Part shown: piece by piece, positions 10,179 to 20,017 of the stretch | Position numbering within the stretch: position 1 is the first letter of the stretch | Layout of the letters: each line of letters opens with the position of its first letter | Assembly: GCA_046329885.1 (NCBI GenBank) | Contig: JAXLTU010000009.1 | Location: 1,703 to 65,702 of the forward strand | Direction: 5' to 3' | Origin: Bacteroidales bacterium | Lineage (GTDB): Bacteria; Bacteroidota; Bacteroidia; Bacteroidales; VadinHA17 | DNA: 64,000 bases | Position numbers and translations under genes: made by a program | The notes under the pieces: model-generated | Told to the model about the DNA's origin: nothing | Database searches by the model: none | Seen by the model: only the letters and a program-made list of their open reading frames with translations

Positions 10179-11313
10179 CAGAGTACTTGTTCTTCTGGCG
10201 GTTCTTTCGATTAACGCCTCGTGCCAGCAAAAAAAACCCGTTGTGGCTCAGGCCCCGGTCAAGGAGGTTTACAGAGTTCCTTACGATACAATCAATGATG
10301 ATCTCGCGGGCTTTATTGCCGGCAGACCTCACGGGAATTCATCCTGCCTTCCACGACTAGATTCAATTACTAACTGGAAAAGGTTTGCATTCTGGATGGA
10401 CAGCGGATTTACCGAGCTGGATACCGCGAGGTTTGCAAAAATGAAAACATGGGCAGATCAGGAACTTGTTGACAGGAAGAGCTCCACCCCGGTGTTCTAC
10501 CCTTTCGGAGGCCCGGATTTCCTCAACGCGAACATCTTTTACCCCAATGCTTCAGACTACGTGATGATCGGACTTGAACCGGTTGGTGCCATGCCCGACC
10601 TTTGTCATATGACAGACGCCCAGGTAAAGAAATATATTGCTGATGTGAAGATATCTCTCAAGGACATTTTCCTCAGGAGCTACTTCATTACAGGTAACAT
10701 GATTGATGCTCTCAAGAAGAACAGCGTGAATGGAGCGCTGCCTGTAATCTCTCTTTTCATAAAAAGGAATGGATATCATATCGTGAAAATTCAGAATATT
10801 GCTGTCGACAGTACAGGGAGTTGGATTCCTACCCAGGGAGTTAAAAACGGGAAAGGTTTTACCCCTGGTGTTAAGGTCGATTTTGCCGGTGATACAGGGA
10901 AGCTGGTTCAGTCAGTCTACTATTTCCAGGCGGATATATCTGATGCGGGACTAAAGAACAACAGGGGTTTCAGTAAATACCTTAAGTCTGTTCCGGCAAG
11001 TGTCAGCTATCTCAAGGCTGCTTCTTACCTCATGCATGCCAATGATTTTTCAACTATCAGGAACACCGTTTTCGAAAAGAGCAAAAGCGTGCTTCAGGAT
11101 GATTCCGGCATCGCTTACCGTTTCTTCGACAAGAATGTCTGGAACATAAAGATATACGGTAAATACATGAGGCCCGGTAAGGAATTCTCATGGATCAACG
11201 AAACCGATCTGGCCAAAGCCTATACCGATCCCTCGGTCAAGCCTGTCCCATTCACGCTGGGTTATAACTGGCGGACGAGGGCTATTAACCTGCTGTACGC
11301 TGTCAAGAAGTGA
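10165..11313 (+). CDS. hypothetical secreted/lipoprotein
   Basis: Signal peptide with Cys (LAVLSINASC). Overlaps the permease stop by 14 nt. No family recognised. Confidence 0.7.
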   Translation: MSLISRVLVLLAVLSINASCQQKKPVVAQAPVKEVYRVPYDTINDDLAGFIAGRPHGNSSCLPRLDSITNWKRFAFWMDSGFTELDTARFAKMKTWADQELVDRKSSTPVFYPFGGPDFLNANIFYPNASDYVMIGLEPVGAMPDLCHMTDAQVKKYIADVKISLKDIFLRSYFITGNMIDALKKNSVNGALPVISLFIKRNGYHIVKIQNIAVDSTGSWIPTQGVKNGKGFTPGVKVDFAGDTGKLVQSVYYFQADISDAGLKNNRGFSKYLKSVPASVSYLKAASYLMHANDFSTIRNTVFEKSKSVLQDDSGIAYRFFDKNVWNIKIYGKYMRPGKEFSWINETDLAKAYTDPSVKPVPFTLGYNWRTRAINLLYAVKK

Positions 11314-11616
11314 TTAGGAAACAGGTTGTAGAGTTGTAGAGTTGTAAAGTTGTCCTATCCCTGGCATAGCCCTGGCATTAATGCCAGGGTCATGTTAGAT
11401 GCTATGGAGATCTGTATAAAGAGCACCTTCTTCCCCTGTGCCCCTTGAAGAAAGCTGTAGAAGCCTTAACGGCTGTAGAGGCTGTATATCATAAAGTTGT
11501 AGAGTTGTAACAGACTAAGGACCTTCTTCCCCTGTGCTCTGAGCTCTGAGCCCCGTGCTTCTTGGTCCTGGGTCCTTGGTCCTGGGTCCTTGGTCCTCGG
11601 TCTGTTCGGAATGTAT
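11314..11616. repeat. mosaic intergenic repeat, locus A
   Basis: Contains GTTGTAGA/GTTGTAAA tandem units, hairpin CCCTGGCATTAATGCCAGGG at 11370..11389, block GCTGTAGAAGCCTTAACGGCTGTAGAGGC, GCTCTGAGCTCTGAGCCCCGTGC, and GGTCCT(G/T)G x5. Confidence 0.9.
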
Positions 11617-11625
11617 TAACCCCCT

Positions 11626-12678
11626 TTAAACTGGACTAATTTCCAAAGGGTTTAAAAATGAAGATTCTAATATATTATATTTGTTTATCCCAAGCAAAAC
11701 TTCAGGCGAGGAGCCAATTCCTTTTCGAGGATGCGGCTTCTCTCTGAAGAAAAATATCTCTTTATTCCTCTTGACTTTTTTTATTTCTATAATTCCTGAT
11801 TCCCAGAGTTTTAAAAATTTCTTTGGTGGATAACACAGGAGACTTTTCATCACCCTGGTTTCATTATAAGCTTTATAAAAACCTGTAAAAATCTCCCTTG
11901 CATGTTCAATATCCCGGAAGATATTCCTGTTACACACTAATCTTGTAACGGTATTATGAAAGGATTCAATATGGGCATTTTGTTGCGGAGTTCCAGGTCT
12001 GATGAACTCGTGTGCTATCCCGACAGCATCCAGTATAGCTGCAAGCTTCCTTGCAATAAATTGCGGGCCATTATCAGTTCTTATCAGGACTTTAATTTTT
12101 TGATTTTCTAAATACCTCCTTACCTCTGGTTCATAGATTAAATCATAGATAAGTTCGCCTATTTCCTCATTTTTCATAGAGTACCGCAGATCCCATACAG
12201 GAGCATACCTGCAGAACGTGCATAAAAAAGTGATCAGGAATGCATTCCTGTTCTTCTCATGGATATACACGTACTTGATATCAGCTTCTATCGTTTTAAA
12301 TGGGCCTTCAAGAGGAGGAACCGTGTACTTGATGTAGGTTTTATTTAGTGGAACTGACTTCTTCGTGGGCGGATGAAGAAGATTGTTCTCATCCATTAAC
12401 CTGTAGACTTTTTTTTGATTGATTATAAACTCCAGCTGTTTTAAAAGATTTGTCGTAACCTGGTACCCGTAATCATGGTATTCCGGGTCAATAAGCCTGT
12501 TAATCTCATCTATAACAGTCTCGTTAGGAACCATTACTCCATTTCTCATGGTATGTGTTGAAGGTCGTTTACCCTTCTTTCTTCCATTTGGCCGATAGTA
12601 ATATGTGCTTCTCTTCATACCTGATATCCTTACAGCATCAGCTACCCTGATCCCCTTTGCAACATAATTGCAGATCAC
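11626..12678 (-). CDS. IS3 transposase OrfB (rve integrase core, DDE)
   Basis: IRTDNGPQFIARK and GTPQQNAHIESFHNTV motifs. The frame stays open upstream of the listed Met (..VWNTREKREVICNYVAKG). Confidence 0.85.
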   Translation of the reverse strand: MICNYVAKGIRVADAVRISGMKRSTYYYRPNGRKKGKRPSTHTMRNGVMVPNETVIDEINRLIDPEYHDYGYQVTTNLLKQLEFIINQKKVYRLMDENNLLHPPTKKSVPLNKTYIKYTVPPLEGPFKTIEADIKYVYIHEKNRNAFLITFLCTFCRYAPVWDLRYSMKNEEIGELIYDLIYEPEVRRYLENQKIKVLIRTDNGPQFIARKLAAILDAVGIAHEFIRPGTPQQNAHIESFHNTVTRLVCNRNIFRDIEHAREIFTGFYKAYNETRVMKSLLCYPPKKFLKLWESGIIEIKKVKRNKEIFFFREKPHPRKGIGSSPEVLLGINKYNILESSFLNPLEISPV

Positions 12679-13001
12679 TTCTCTTTTTTCCCTGGTATTC
12701 CAAACTTTTTTTTTAAAAGCTCATCTTTTAACTTGGATTCGAGCTCCTTTTCAGCAAGCAACTCTTTTAATACCCGATTCTCTTTCTCGAGTCTTTTTAC
12801 ATGTGCATCCATGTTTTTGCCCCTCCGATCTTCCAGTCCTTCCAATCCAGATGCATTATACTTGTTGAGCCAGTCATAATACATGTTCTTGGAGATCCCG
12901 TATTTCCGGATGCCAGCATTTACCCCAAGTGTCTGGATATCTAATAGTATCCTTTCTTTCTCCTGGGGTGTTCGATTGTGTAGTTTCTTTACCATCAACA
13001 T
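12675..13001 (-). CDS. IS3 transposase OrfA (HTH + leucine zipper)
   Basis: HTH-like LGVNAGIRKYGISKNMYYDWLNKY and a heptad Leu region (VKRLEKENRVLKELLAEKELE). Confidence 0.85.
   Translation of the reverse strand: MLMVKKLHNRTPQEKERILLDIQTLGVNAGIRKYGISKNMYYDWLNKYNASGLEGLEDRRGKNMDAHVKRLEKENRVLKELLAEKELESKLKDELLKKKFGIPGKKEK
12705..12711 (-). promoter_or_regulatory. programmed -1 ribosomal frameshift site A_AAA_AAG
   Basis: Minus-strand orfA reads TTA AAA AAA AAG TTT. The heptamer A AAA AAG is in the canonical X_XXY_YYZ phase. A -1 slip continues as KKVWNTREKREVICNYVAKG, directly into OrfB. Confidence 0.7.
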
Positions 13002-13050
13002 AAAAGTACATTTTAATCTTGTACTTTTAGTCTAGTTTTATACGGGGTTA

Positions 13051-13214
13051 GACCACGGAACCTATCCCCATACACTGCACTACCGAGTACCTAGCACCGA
13101 GCACCTAGCACCTTGAAAAAAGCTGTAGAGGCCTTAACGGCTGTAGAGGCAGTATTTAGAACAGGTTCTTCCTCTGTGCTCTGTGCTCTGTGCTCTGTGC
13201 CCCGTGCTTCCTAC
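13051..13214. repeat. mosaic intergenic repeat, locus B (other side of the IS3 insertion)
   Basis: AGCTGTAGAGGCCTTAACGGCTGTAGAGGCAGTATTTAGAACAGG block, CTCTGTG tandem units, CCCCGTGCTTCC. Confidence 0.85.
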
Positions 13215-13314
13215 CAAAAAATACTTCCTTAATTATAAGTTAAAATACCCATACGGGTAGTATCATAAGAAACAAAAGCGTATATATTTGTATCGACCAT
13301 GGAATCCGTAATAG

Positions 13315-15060
13315 ATGAGCATTATCTCGATTTTTGATCCTGATACCTTATTCTGGTTAAAGGAAAGTGTAGTTATTTTCTTCCTCACCTTCCTTCACGA
13401 GGATGCTGCTATTCTTGCTGCAGGATTCTCGAAAGTTGAGCACGGTTTGCCACTTCTATACGCATATCTACCTGTATACCTGGGCATTGTCGCGGGAGAT
13501 GTTCTTATTTACGGGCTTGGCAGACTGGCTCAGACGAACAAATGGCTGCGAACGAAAATAATCGGGCCCAAGGTTGAAAGGGTCAAATTGTGGCTAGAGT
13601 CACATCTTGTCCGTGTTCTTGTGGTATGCAGACTGACTCCTGGACTGTTATTTCCAACTTTCGTGGCATGCGGATGGTTCAAGATCCCTTTCTGGAGGTT
13701 CGCTACTGTTTCCATCCTGGCAGGTGCGGTCTATTCATCAATAGTTCTTACAATAGTTATACTCTTCGGCGACCTGGTGCTGTTCCACCTTGGCTACTGG
13801 GCGTGGGGGCTGCTGGCAGTGATAATAATTGGTTTCGCCATCAGGAATTCATTTAAATCGAGGTGGAGTAAAGCAACAGAAAAAGCAATGGGCGACATTC
13901 CTCCTTCATTTTTTGAAGTTATTAAAAAGTACATGCCTTCAAGAAAGCACAAGTTCATGGGCATGCCGTCTCTCGGGGATCTCAAGAGATTCGTCTCGAC
14001 TGCAGAAAGAATTCCCAATAACATCCTGTATATCCCGGTTGGGTTAAGGTGGCTTGCTCTTGCAGTTCGATACCATAGCCTGACTCTTCCGACAGTATCT
14101 AACCCGATGATCGAGACAGGTGGGTTCATGGGCGAATCGAAGGCTTCCGTTCTTGATATGGTGGGTGTTACACAACGCGAATGGATAGCAGAATACATAA
14201 AAATGAGCCGCGATGGACAGGAGGCTTCAAAGGACCTTGAAAGAGCCGTTTCACTGATGGAACAAAAGGGCCTGACCTTCCCGGTTGTGGCAAAACCGGA
14301 TATAGGTTGGAATGGTTATGGTGTTCAACTCGTTGAAGATAGCAACCACCTTCAGAAATACATATCCTCATTCCCGGGAGAAGAAAGTTTCCTCTTGCAG
14401 CGACCAGTGCATCACGACGGTGAAGCTGGCGTGTTCTATGTCAGGATACCCGGGGAGGAAAAGGGAAGGATATATTCAATAACCCTCAGATATTTCCCCT
14501 ACGTTGTTGGTGACGGGCATTCAACACTACGTCAACTTATTCACAGCGACCCTAGGACCAGTATAAGAGCGGAGTTTTATCTTGGTGAGAAGCCTAATCA
14601 TCTTGGCTTTGGCAAGGAAGACCTCGATCATATCCCCCAGGAGGGTGAACTTATAAGGCTGGCTTTCATTGGAAGCTTGAGAGCGGGGGGATTATACCGC
14701 GATGCAGCCTACCTCATTACTCCAGAATTAACCCGGCGATTTGACGAGATTGCCAGGAGCATGCCCGAATTCTACTATGGCAGGTTTGATATAAGGTTCG
14801 AATCGACAGACCTGCTTAAAGAAGGAAAGGGATTCACCATTATCGAGATCAATGGTGCCGGGGCTGAAGCTATCCAGGCCTGGGATCCAAACGTCCCGTT
14901 AATGACACTCTACAAGGAGTTTTTCAAGGCTCAAAGCCTGCTGTTCAAGGTCTCGGCACTTAACAGGAAAAGAGGTTATAAGCCAATGACTTTCCGGGCA
15001 TTCGTTAAGGCGATTAGAAAACAAAACACCCTGATAGAAAAATACCCGGCAGCCTGCTGA
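13315..15060 (+). CDS. DedA/VTT-type membrane domain fused to an ATP-grasp ligase domain
   Basis: The first ~180 aa are hydrophobic with DedA-like LYGLGRLA..CRLTPGLLFPTFVACGW. The C-terminal part has ATP-grasp-like FPVVAKPDIGWNGYGV, LLQRPV, and FTIIEINGAGAE. Confidence 0.6.
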   Translation: MSIISIFDPDTLFWLKESVVIFFLTFLHEDAAILAAGFSKVEHGLPLLYAYLPVYLGIVAGDVLIYGLGRLAQTNKWLRTKIIGPKVERVKLWLESHLVRVLVVCRLTPGLLFPTFVACGWFKIPFWRFATVSILAGAVYSSIVLTIVILFGDLVLFHLGYWAWGLLAVIIIGFAIRNSFKSRWSKATEKAMGDIPPSFFEVIKKYMPSRKHKFMGMPSLGDLKRFVSTAERIPNNILYIPVGLRWLALAVRYHSLTLPTVSNPMIETGGFMGESKASVLDMVGVTQREWIAEYIKMSRDGQEASKDLERAVSLMEQKGLTFPVVAKPDIGWNGYGVQLVEDSNHLQKYISSFPGEESFLLQRPVHHDGEAGVFYVRIPGEEKGRIYSITLRYFPYVVGDGHSTLRQLIHSDPRTSIRAEFYLGEKPNHLGFGKEDLDHIPQEGELIRLAFIGSLRAGGLYRDAAYLITPELTRRFDEIARSMPEFYYGRFDIRFESTDLLKEGKGFTIIEINGAGAEAIQAWDPNVPLMTLYKEFFKAQSLLFKVSALNRKRGYKPMTFRAFVKAIRKQNTLIEKYPAAC

Positions 15061-15311
15061 TCTTGTAGCGCTCCCGGATACTTCAAGTTATAATTCCCGC
15101 TTGCTAATTATCATTTATAATGACAATCAGTAGCGGGAATTCCTGTTTCCATACGGGTAAAATACCTGTGCCATTTTCCTCCTGAATCTTTTATTTGCTT
15201 CACGTTGAGTGGTTTCATAACTTTGATAGTTCAAAGGCTGAAAATGTGAAAACCTGATAGTTCAGCTCCAGGGAGAAGAGGATTCATCATTTATTAAATA
15301 ATATCATAGGG

Positions 15312-15827
15312 ATGAGAATAATTATTACCGGATTTATTGTTCTTGTGATCTGGTCATTCCTCTCGATGTGGCTTTATGTCGACATTCTGAAACCGGCCGC
15401 GAAAAAGCCGGTTGTCGTGACCCAACCCGTCGACTCAGCCAAAATAAGGGAGGCAGATTCACTGGCGAAACTAATGGCGGCAATGCCGAAGGTTCTGGTT
15501 ATCAATTTCGATTTCGACAAGTTCGCTTTCGATTCGAAAAATGTTCCTGACACCTCGGTTGCTGCATTCAAAGCATGGCTCGATAAATACCCGTCCTCCA
15601 GCCTTACTGTAACCGGACATACCGATTTTATCGGCACTCCCGAGTATAATACCGATCTCGGGCTTACGAGAGCCAAGGCGCTGCATGACTATCTTGCTGG
15701 AAAAGGAATACCTGCGGAAAGAATGATAGTCACATCCGCTGGCGAAACACAACCGGTGGCACCGCATGTAACAAGTGACGGCCGTATGAAAAACAGAAGA
15801 ACAGAAATAGCAATAAAACATAACTAA
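15312..15827 (+). CDS. OmpA-family (OmpA_C-like) protein
   Basis: N-terminal TM, then TGHTDFIGTPEYNTDLGLTRAKALHDYL..NRRTEIAI. Confidence 0.85.
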   Translation: MRIIITGFIVLVIWSFLSMWLYVDILKPAAKKPVVVTQPVDSAKIREADSLAKLMAAMPKVLVINFDFDKFAFDSKNVPDTSVAAFKAWLDKYPSSSLTVTGHTDFIGTPEYNTDLGLTRAKALHDYLAGKGIPAERMIVTSAGETQPVAPHVTSDGRMKNRRTEIAIKHN

Positions 15828-15829
15828 AG

Positions 15830-16144
15830 ATGAACCTACAGCTTTTAATCCTGGCCAGCCCGGTAACAACAGCCGTGATTGAGATAATTCTCCTGCTTCT
15901 CGGTGCGGCGGCAATTGGTTTCATAACTGCCTGGTTCTACCAGAAATCGTATTACACTCCTATTATCAGGAAGCTTGAAGAGGAAAAAGAAGAACTTAAT
16001 AAACAGGTTGCTTCTCTAAAAAACGAAATAATAGGGCTAAATAACGAGATCACATCCCTGAAGGCAAAGGTTGCCGGCCTGGAAAAAACAGTGTCGGACA
16101 AAAACCGGGAAATTGAGGAGCTCAAAAACCTCAACAAGCACTGA
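15830..16144 (+). CDS. membrane-anchored coiled-coil protein (hypothetical)
   Basis: One TM (VIEIILLLLGAAAIGFITAWF), then heptad-rich EEKEELNKQVASLKNEIIGLNNEITSLKAKVAGLEK. Starts 2 nt after the OmpA-like stop. Confidence 0.6.
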   Translation: MNLQLLILASPVTTAVIEIILLLLGAAAIGFITAWFYQKSYYTPIIRKLEEEKEELNKQVASLKNEIIGLNNEITSLKAKVAGLEKTVSDKNREIEELKNLNKH

Positions 16145-16344
16145 CAAGGCTCCTGGCTTGATGTATTTATTAATTCAGTAGCCATTCTTCTCCGGAATGT
16201 CAGTATCGACTTTCCACTACATGAGTCACCAGGCTGCTCATCGCGGCATTCGGGATTGTAACTGATCGTTTGTTTATCATTAGTCAGGTTGCCTGAGCAT
16301 GCTGAATAAAAAAACATGCTATTTTCGCGGTTGACAGGACAGCC

Positions 16345-16989
16345 ATGAAATACATTTTATTATTTTTTGCAGTACTTCTGCTCCCGGGATGTTCTCATGA
16401 GATTTTGAGATATCACGGGAGGGAATACAAGGTTATACAGGCAGGTGACCGTTACTGGATGGGTGAAAACCTGGCCACGTCGAGTTACCGGAACGGCAAG
16501 AAGATCCCTCTGGTTAACGACACTGAAAAATGGCCGGAACTATATTCTCCGGCCCATGGTTTTTACAAGGGCGACTCTTCCAGGCTCGAAAAGTACGGGA
16601 TGCTATATAACTGGTATGCTGTTGAAGCTGGAAAACTCTGCCCCCTTGGATGGAGGGTAGCCACGCACGAGGACTGGACAAAGCTCGAGGAATCGATGGG
16701 AGGACAACTTCTTGCAGGTGGAAGGATAAAGTCGGTTAAAGGATGGTCGGGGCAACACGTCAGCGGTGATGATCGCGGATTCACGGCTCTTCCGGCTGGC
16801 TACAGGCTCAATGATGATTTTCTCGAGGGAAAAGCAGCAGTATGGTGGACCTCTACTAAGGCAGCAAATGACTGGGTCTGGGGACGCCGGCTTGACTCCA
16901 ATAACAACGAACTTATGAACACCTTCAATAATCCCGCGAATGGTTTCTCGGTGAGGTGCGTCTCAGTACGTAAGGCTAGAAACAGGTAA
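16345..16989 (+). CDS. FISH-domain (TIGR02145-type) lipoprotein
   Basis: Lipobox LLPGC; WMGENL, YGMLYNWYAV, KLCPLGWRVATHEDW, GFTALPAGYR, WWTST, GFSVRCV. Confidence 0.85.
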   Translation: MKYILLFFAVLLLPGCSHEILRYHGREYKVIQAGDRYWMGENLATSSYRNGKKIPLVNDTEKWPELYSPAHGFYKGDSSRLEKYGMLYNWYAVEAGKLCPLGWRVATHEDWTKLEESMGGQLLAGGRIKSVKGWSGQHVSGDDRGFTALPAGYRLNDDFLEGKAAVWWTSTKAANDWVWGRRLDSNNNELMNTFNNPANGFSVRCVSVRKARNR

Positions 16990-17381
16990 ACTGGGTCAGG
17001 GAAACATCCAAGTTATTAACAATGACCTGTCAAGACTGGAAAATGGCCCCGGGATTTGCTAAATTTGCCATATCTGACAAAAAAAGGCCAACTCTTCAGC
17101 TCTTCAACCATAGATGTTTAATTAATAAGTAATTGCGTTTGACATTTCAGTATTGTTGTTACCTGCCGGTTTATACTAATCGGTGAAAACAGGAGATGTG
17201 TTCCATTTCAATTATTGGGATAAGCACTGCTGACTATCAAGCTAAAGAATATTATGACAGGAATCAGGAGAGGAGACAGGTTGTTTATAAAGGGCATGAT
17301 TACCAATGTATTGCGTGGGGAAACATGTTCCTTTGTGATTCCGGGGCTGAACAATTCCAAATTCATTTTGTTTTAAATTCA

Positions 17382-17807
17382 ATGGAAAAACTGAAAAAGT
17401 ACTTTATAATAGCGCTGTTTCTGACAGTAACTTTAAAAGCGCTTGCACCTAACAGGGATGCAGTTGTGATACAAGCTTCCGATCCAGTGAATCCATATCG
17501 GAAGCTGATGTGGGCAGTAGCAATGGTGGAAACAAAACATAACACGCTAGCTTATAACGAGATTGAGGAGGCTGCAGGGATCTTCCAGATCCGTCCGGTA
17601 CGACTTGAAGACTATAATATCCGCACTGGCAATAAGTATACCCGGGCTGATCTCTTTAAATACGAGGTTTCGGAAAAGATCTTCCTCTATTACGCCTCGA
17701 AAATCGGGCCCAACGATTTCGAAAGGATAGCAAGAAACTGGAACGGATCAGGTCCAAAGACTTATCTCTACTGGAACAGGGTAAAAAAGGTACTCCAGTC
17801 AACCTAG
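17382..17807 (+). CDS. lysozyme-like / lytic transglycosylase (SLT-like) domain protein
   Basis: ATG 17382 gives a signal peptide (MEKLKKYFIIALFLTVTLKALA). AMVETKHNTLAYN and AAGIFQIRP resemble the SLT catalytic E-S/T and GLMQI motifs. Confidence 0.55.
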   Translation: MEKLKKYFIIALFLTVTLKALAPNRDAVVIQASDPVNPYRKLMWAVAMVETKHNTLAYNEIEEAAGIFQIRPVRLEDYNIRTGNKYTRADLFKYEVSEKIFLYYASKIGPNDFERIARNWNGSGPKTYLYWNRVKKVLQST

Positions 17808-17964
17808 ATTATTCGCGAATTTCACGCCTGCTGATGTTCCTGTTACAGGTGCAATGAAATATTTATTAATGTACCTCGTCATTTTTTTATAAAATCGCGA
17901 TATAAATAGTCCATGTTAGTGGACTGAAGAATGATCGTTAATCCTGGATTTAAAAACTACTACC

Positions 17965-18765
17965 ATGAGCAGCCAGATTATTATAGTGATCTGCCTTACC
18001 TTCATTATTAACCTGATTACCACTCTTTCATATTCGGTCAGGATCGTCGGTATCAGGACAGGCAGGATAGCTGTTTCCTTTGCACTGTTCAATATTCTCG
18101 TTCTCATTTCGAGGACAGCAAACGGCTTCCAGGCGCCATTGCTCGCGAGCTCTATAGAAAGAAATATTAACGCTGGGCTTGACGGTAACCTCACCGATTT
18201 CAGACTCATTATATTTTCCTGCACTGTCGCCACTGTTATTGGCGGATTAATGATACCCAGCTTTCAAAGGATACTCTCGGTCGCTGTTGAACGATTCAGT
18301 GTTTACAAATCAGTTCCGAAAGTGATTTTCCATGGTTTCACGAGAACAGGATTTTCGTCAATAAAGGATAGTATAGTGCTGCCCAGCACCGAAAACATTA
18401 AACAAATTGATATTAGAAATGACTTCCCCTGGAAGGTATTTCTCATGAACGTTTTCGCCGTGGCCATCATTTCCATTGGTGTGCTCTCCTCCCTTTATGC
18501 CGGCTACATGAATGAATCGTTCCGGTCTACTGCCAGTAACCTGTCAGCGATAATAAACGGGCTGGCCACCATTTTAATGTTTGTTTTCATCGACCCGTTT
18601 CTTTCGGTGATGACCGACGAGGTCGTACTGGGTAAAACGAAAGAATCGACCTTCAGGAAATATATAGTGTACATGGTGATCGCCAGGATAATAGGCACCC
18701 TGCTCGCCCAGGTTCTCTTTATACCTTCAGCAAAGCTTATTGCCTCGGTTGCCACGATGATATAA
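17965..18765 (+). CDS. amj: Amj-like (DUF2837) lipid II flippase family membrane protein
   Basis: N-terminus LITTLSYSVRIVGIRTGRIAVSFALFNILVLISRTANGFQ matches my memory of the Amj/YdaH family; polytopic. Confidence 0.55.
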   Translation: MSSQIIIVICLTFIINLITTLSYSVRIVGIRTGRIAVSFALFNILVLISRTANGFQAPLLASSIERNINAGLDGNLTDFRLIIFSCTVATVIGGLMIPSFQRILSVAVERFSVYKSVPKVIFHGFTRTGFSSIKDSIVLPSTENIKQIDIRNDFPWKVFLMNVFAVAIISIGVLSSLYAGYMNESFRSTASNLSAIINGLATILMFVFIDPFLSVMTDEVVLGKTKESTFRKYIVYMVIARIIGTLLAQVLFIPSAKLIASVATMI

Positions 18766-18788
18766 AAAATAAAACAAGTATCTTTCCC

Positions 18789-19394
18789 GTGGAAACCATT
18801 AAAAATGATATCCGCATGCCGCTTGTAATTCGCTCAATAATCACAATCCTTGTCATTTTCCTGATCATTTCCTGCAACGGGAAACCGAAATCGTCACCCG
18901 ACGGGTTGAAAGGAACTTCAGAATTCGTTTCATCTGAAGCTCAACCCGTCAAGGACTATGGACAGCTCGGATTCGAGATAATGTCGAAGGAAAGTCTCTG
19001 TGGATTGAGGATCGGCATGAACATGAAAGAAGCCGGACCGATGCTTGGTCCGAAATCATCGGAAACTGAAGCTGAAATCTCGCAGGTCGACGGATCAAAA
19101 CACAAGACAGTCAGGTATGACACTAACGGTACCGAATTCGACGTCATTGTAAATACTGACGGTAGCGAGACCATTTACAAGATAACAGCAACTGCTCCAA
19201 GCTCCTTCAAAACGATGAAAGGGATCGGGATTGGCAGTAGTATTGAAGAGGTCAGGAAAGCCTACGAGGAATATATAAAGCCAGGTGAATCGGATGAAAA
19301 TTTTATTGTAGCCGGGACTGTTTACGGGGGATTGATGTTCAGGTTTGAAAATGGCAAGGTTACTTCAATTTTTATCGGTGCGGCAGCAGAATAG
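18789..19394 (+). CDS. hypothetical lipoprotein
   Basis: Signal peptide with FLIISC lipobox. GTG start in the track; ATG 18816 is an alternative. Confidence 0.6.
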   Translation: METIKNDIRMPLVIRSIITILVIFLIISCNGKPKSSPDGLKGTSEFVSSEAQPVKDYGQLGFEIMSKESLCGLRIGMNMKEAGPMLGPKSSETEAEISQVDGSKHKTVRYDTNGTEFDVIVNTDGSETIYKITATAPSSFKTMKGIGIGSSIEEVRKAYEEYIKPGESDENFIVAGTVYGGLMFRFENGKVTSIFIGAAAE

Positions 19395-19566
19395 TATTGT
19401 GTCCTGGCCACTATCCTGGACGCGGGTTCGATACCAGAATTAACAGGTTCAACAATCGTGTTAACAAGCGGGCTATAACCCGTGACCTGGTGCCTGAGCG
19501 AGGAAAGAAAGTTAAAAACGATACATTTAGTAACGACGGTTTCAATAATCTAAAGCTTAACAGATC

Positions 19567-19785
19567 ATGAGCTCATTCACCATTTCACAAATTTTGATAG
19601 TTATCACACTAATTTTGTGTTACGTGGCTGTAACAGGTCTTGGTGCCTACAAGATTGTAAGATGTCACATTTCCGATTACTCTAAAACGGTTCTTGTCAT
19701 TCTCCTGGCTTTCCTTCATGTAGTGGCTGCCATTCCCTTCATCCTGTACCACGACTATATCATGCCCCCCGGGCAAAGGGCCTGA
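19567..19785 (+). CDS. small two-TM membrane protein (hypothetical)
   Basis: 72 aa with two hydrophobic helices. No other support. Confidence 0.35.
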   Translation: MSSFTISQILIVITLILCYVAVTGLGAYKIVRCHISDYSKTVLVILLAFLHVVAAIPFILYHDYIMPPGQRA

Positions 19786-20017
19786 GCTGAAAAAATGATG
19801 TATACTGGTATCCGCTGCCACATAACCTTCCTGAAAACAAAACCAGCGACATTTTTACTTATTGAAAATAATTGTGCTAAATTTATATAAATGTCGAAGT
19901 GACAATAAAAACCAACTGTTCCTGTCAATTCAGGGATAAACACTTTAACACGTGTGTAGTACAACCTGCTATTTTTTGAAGATCAGTTTCGGCAAATAAC
20001 TAAACAAAACGACTATA

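Larger units (their letters stand above)
11617..13050 (-). mobile_element. IS3-family insertion sequence (orfA/orfB with -1 frameshift)
   Basis: Imperfect terminal inverted repeats: TAACCCCCTTTAAACTGGACTAA at 11617.. versus the reverse complement of ..TTAGTCTAGTTTTATACGGGGTTA ending at 13050. Two overlapping transposase ORFs. Repeat DNA on both flanks. Confidence 0.8.

Noticed and set aside
11314-11616. CRISPR array hypothesis for the short tandem units (also loci C-F)
   Set aside because: Units are 7-8 nt and directly abutting. There are no ~30-nt unique spacers, no 25-40-nt repeats with regular periodicity, and no cas genes.
15092-15141. Long hairpin AATTCCCGCT(30 nt)AGCGGGAATT after gene 13315..15060
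   Set aside because: A perfect 10-bp stem in a plausible terminator position, but the loop is large and no T tract follows, so a terminator call is not supported. Function unknown.
17196-17381. N-terminal extensions of track ORFs (17196, 55270, 3074, 45588, 49076, 50581, 58687)
   Set aside because: In each case an internal ATG yields a clean signal peptide or the conserved family N-terminus, and the upstream extension has no such features. Shorter starts are reported instead.
19412-19450. tRNA-like T-arm string GCGGGTTCGATACC
   Set aside because: The downstream bases do not complete the T stem (CCAGA instead of CCCGC), and no acceptor or anticodon arms can be drawn. Not a tRNA and not convincing as an att remnant.
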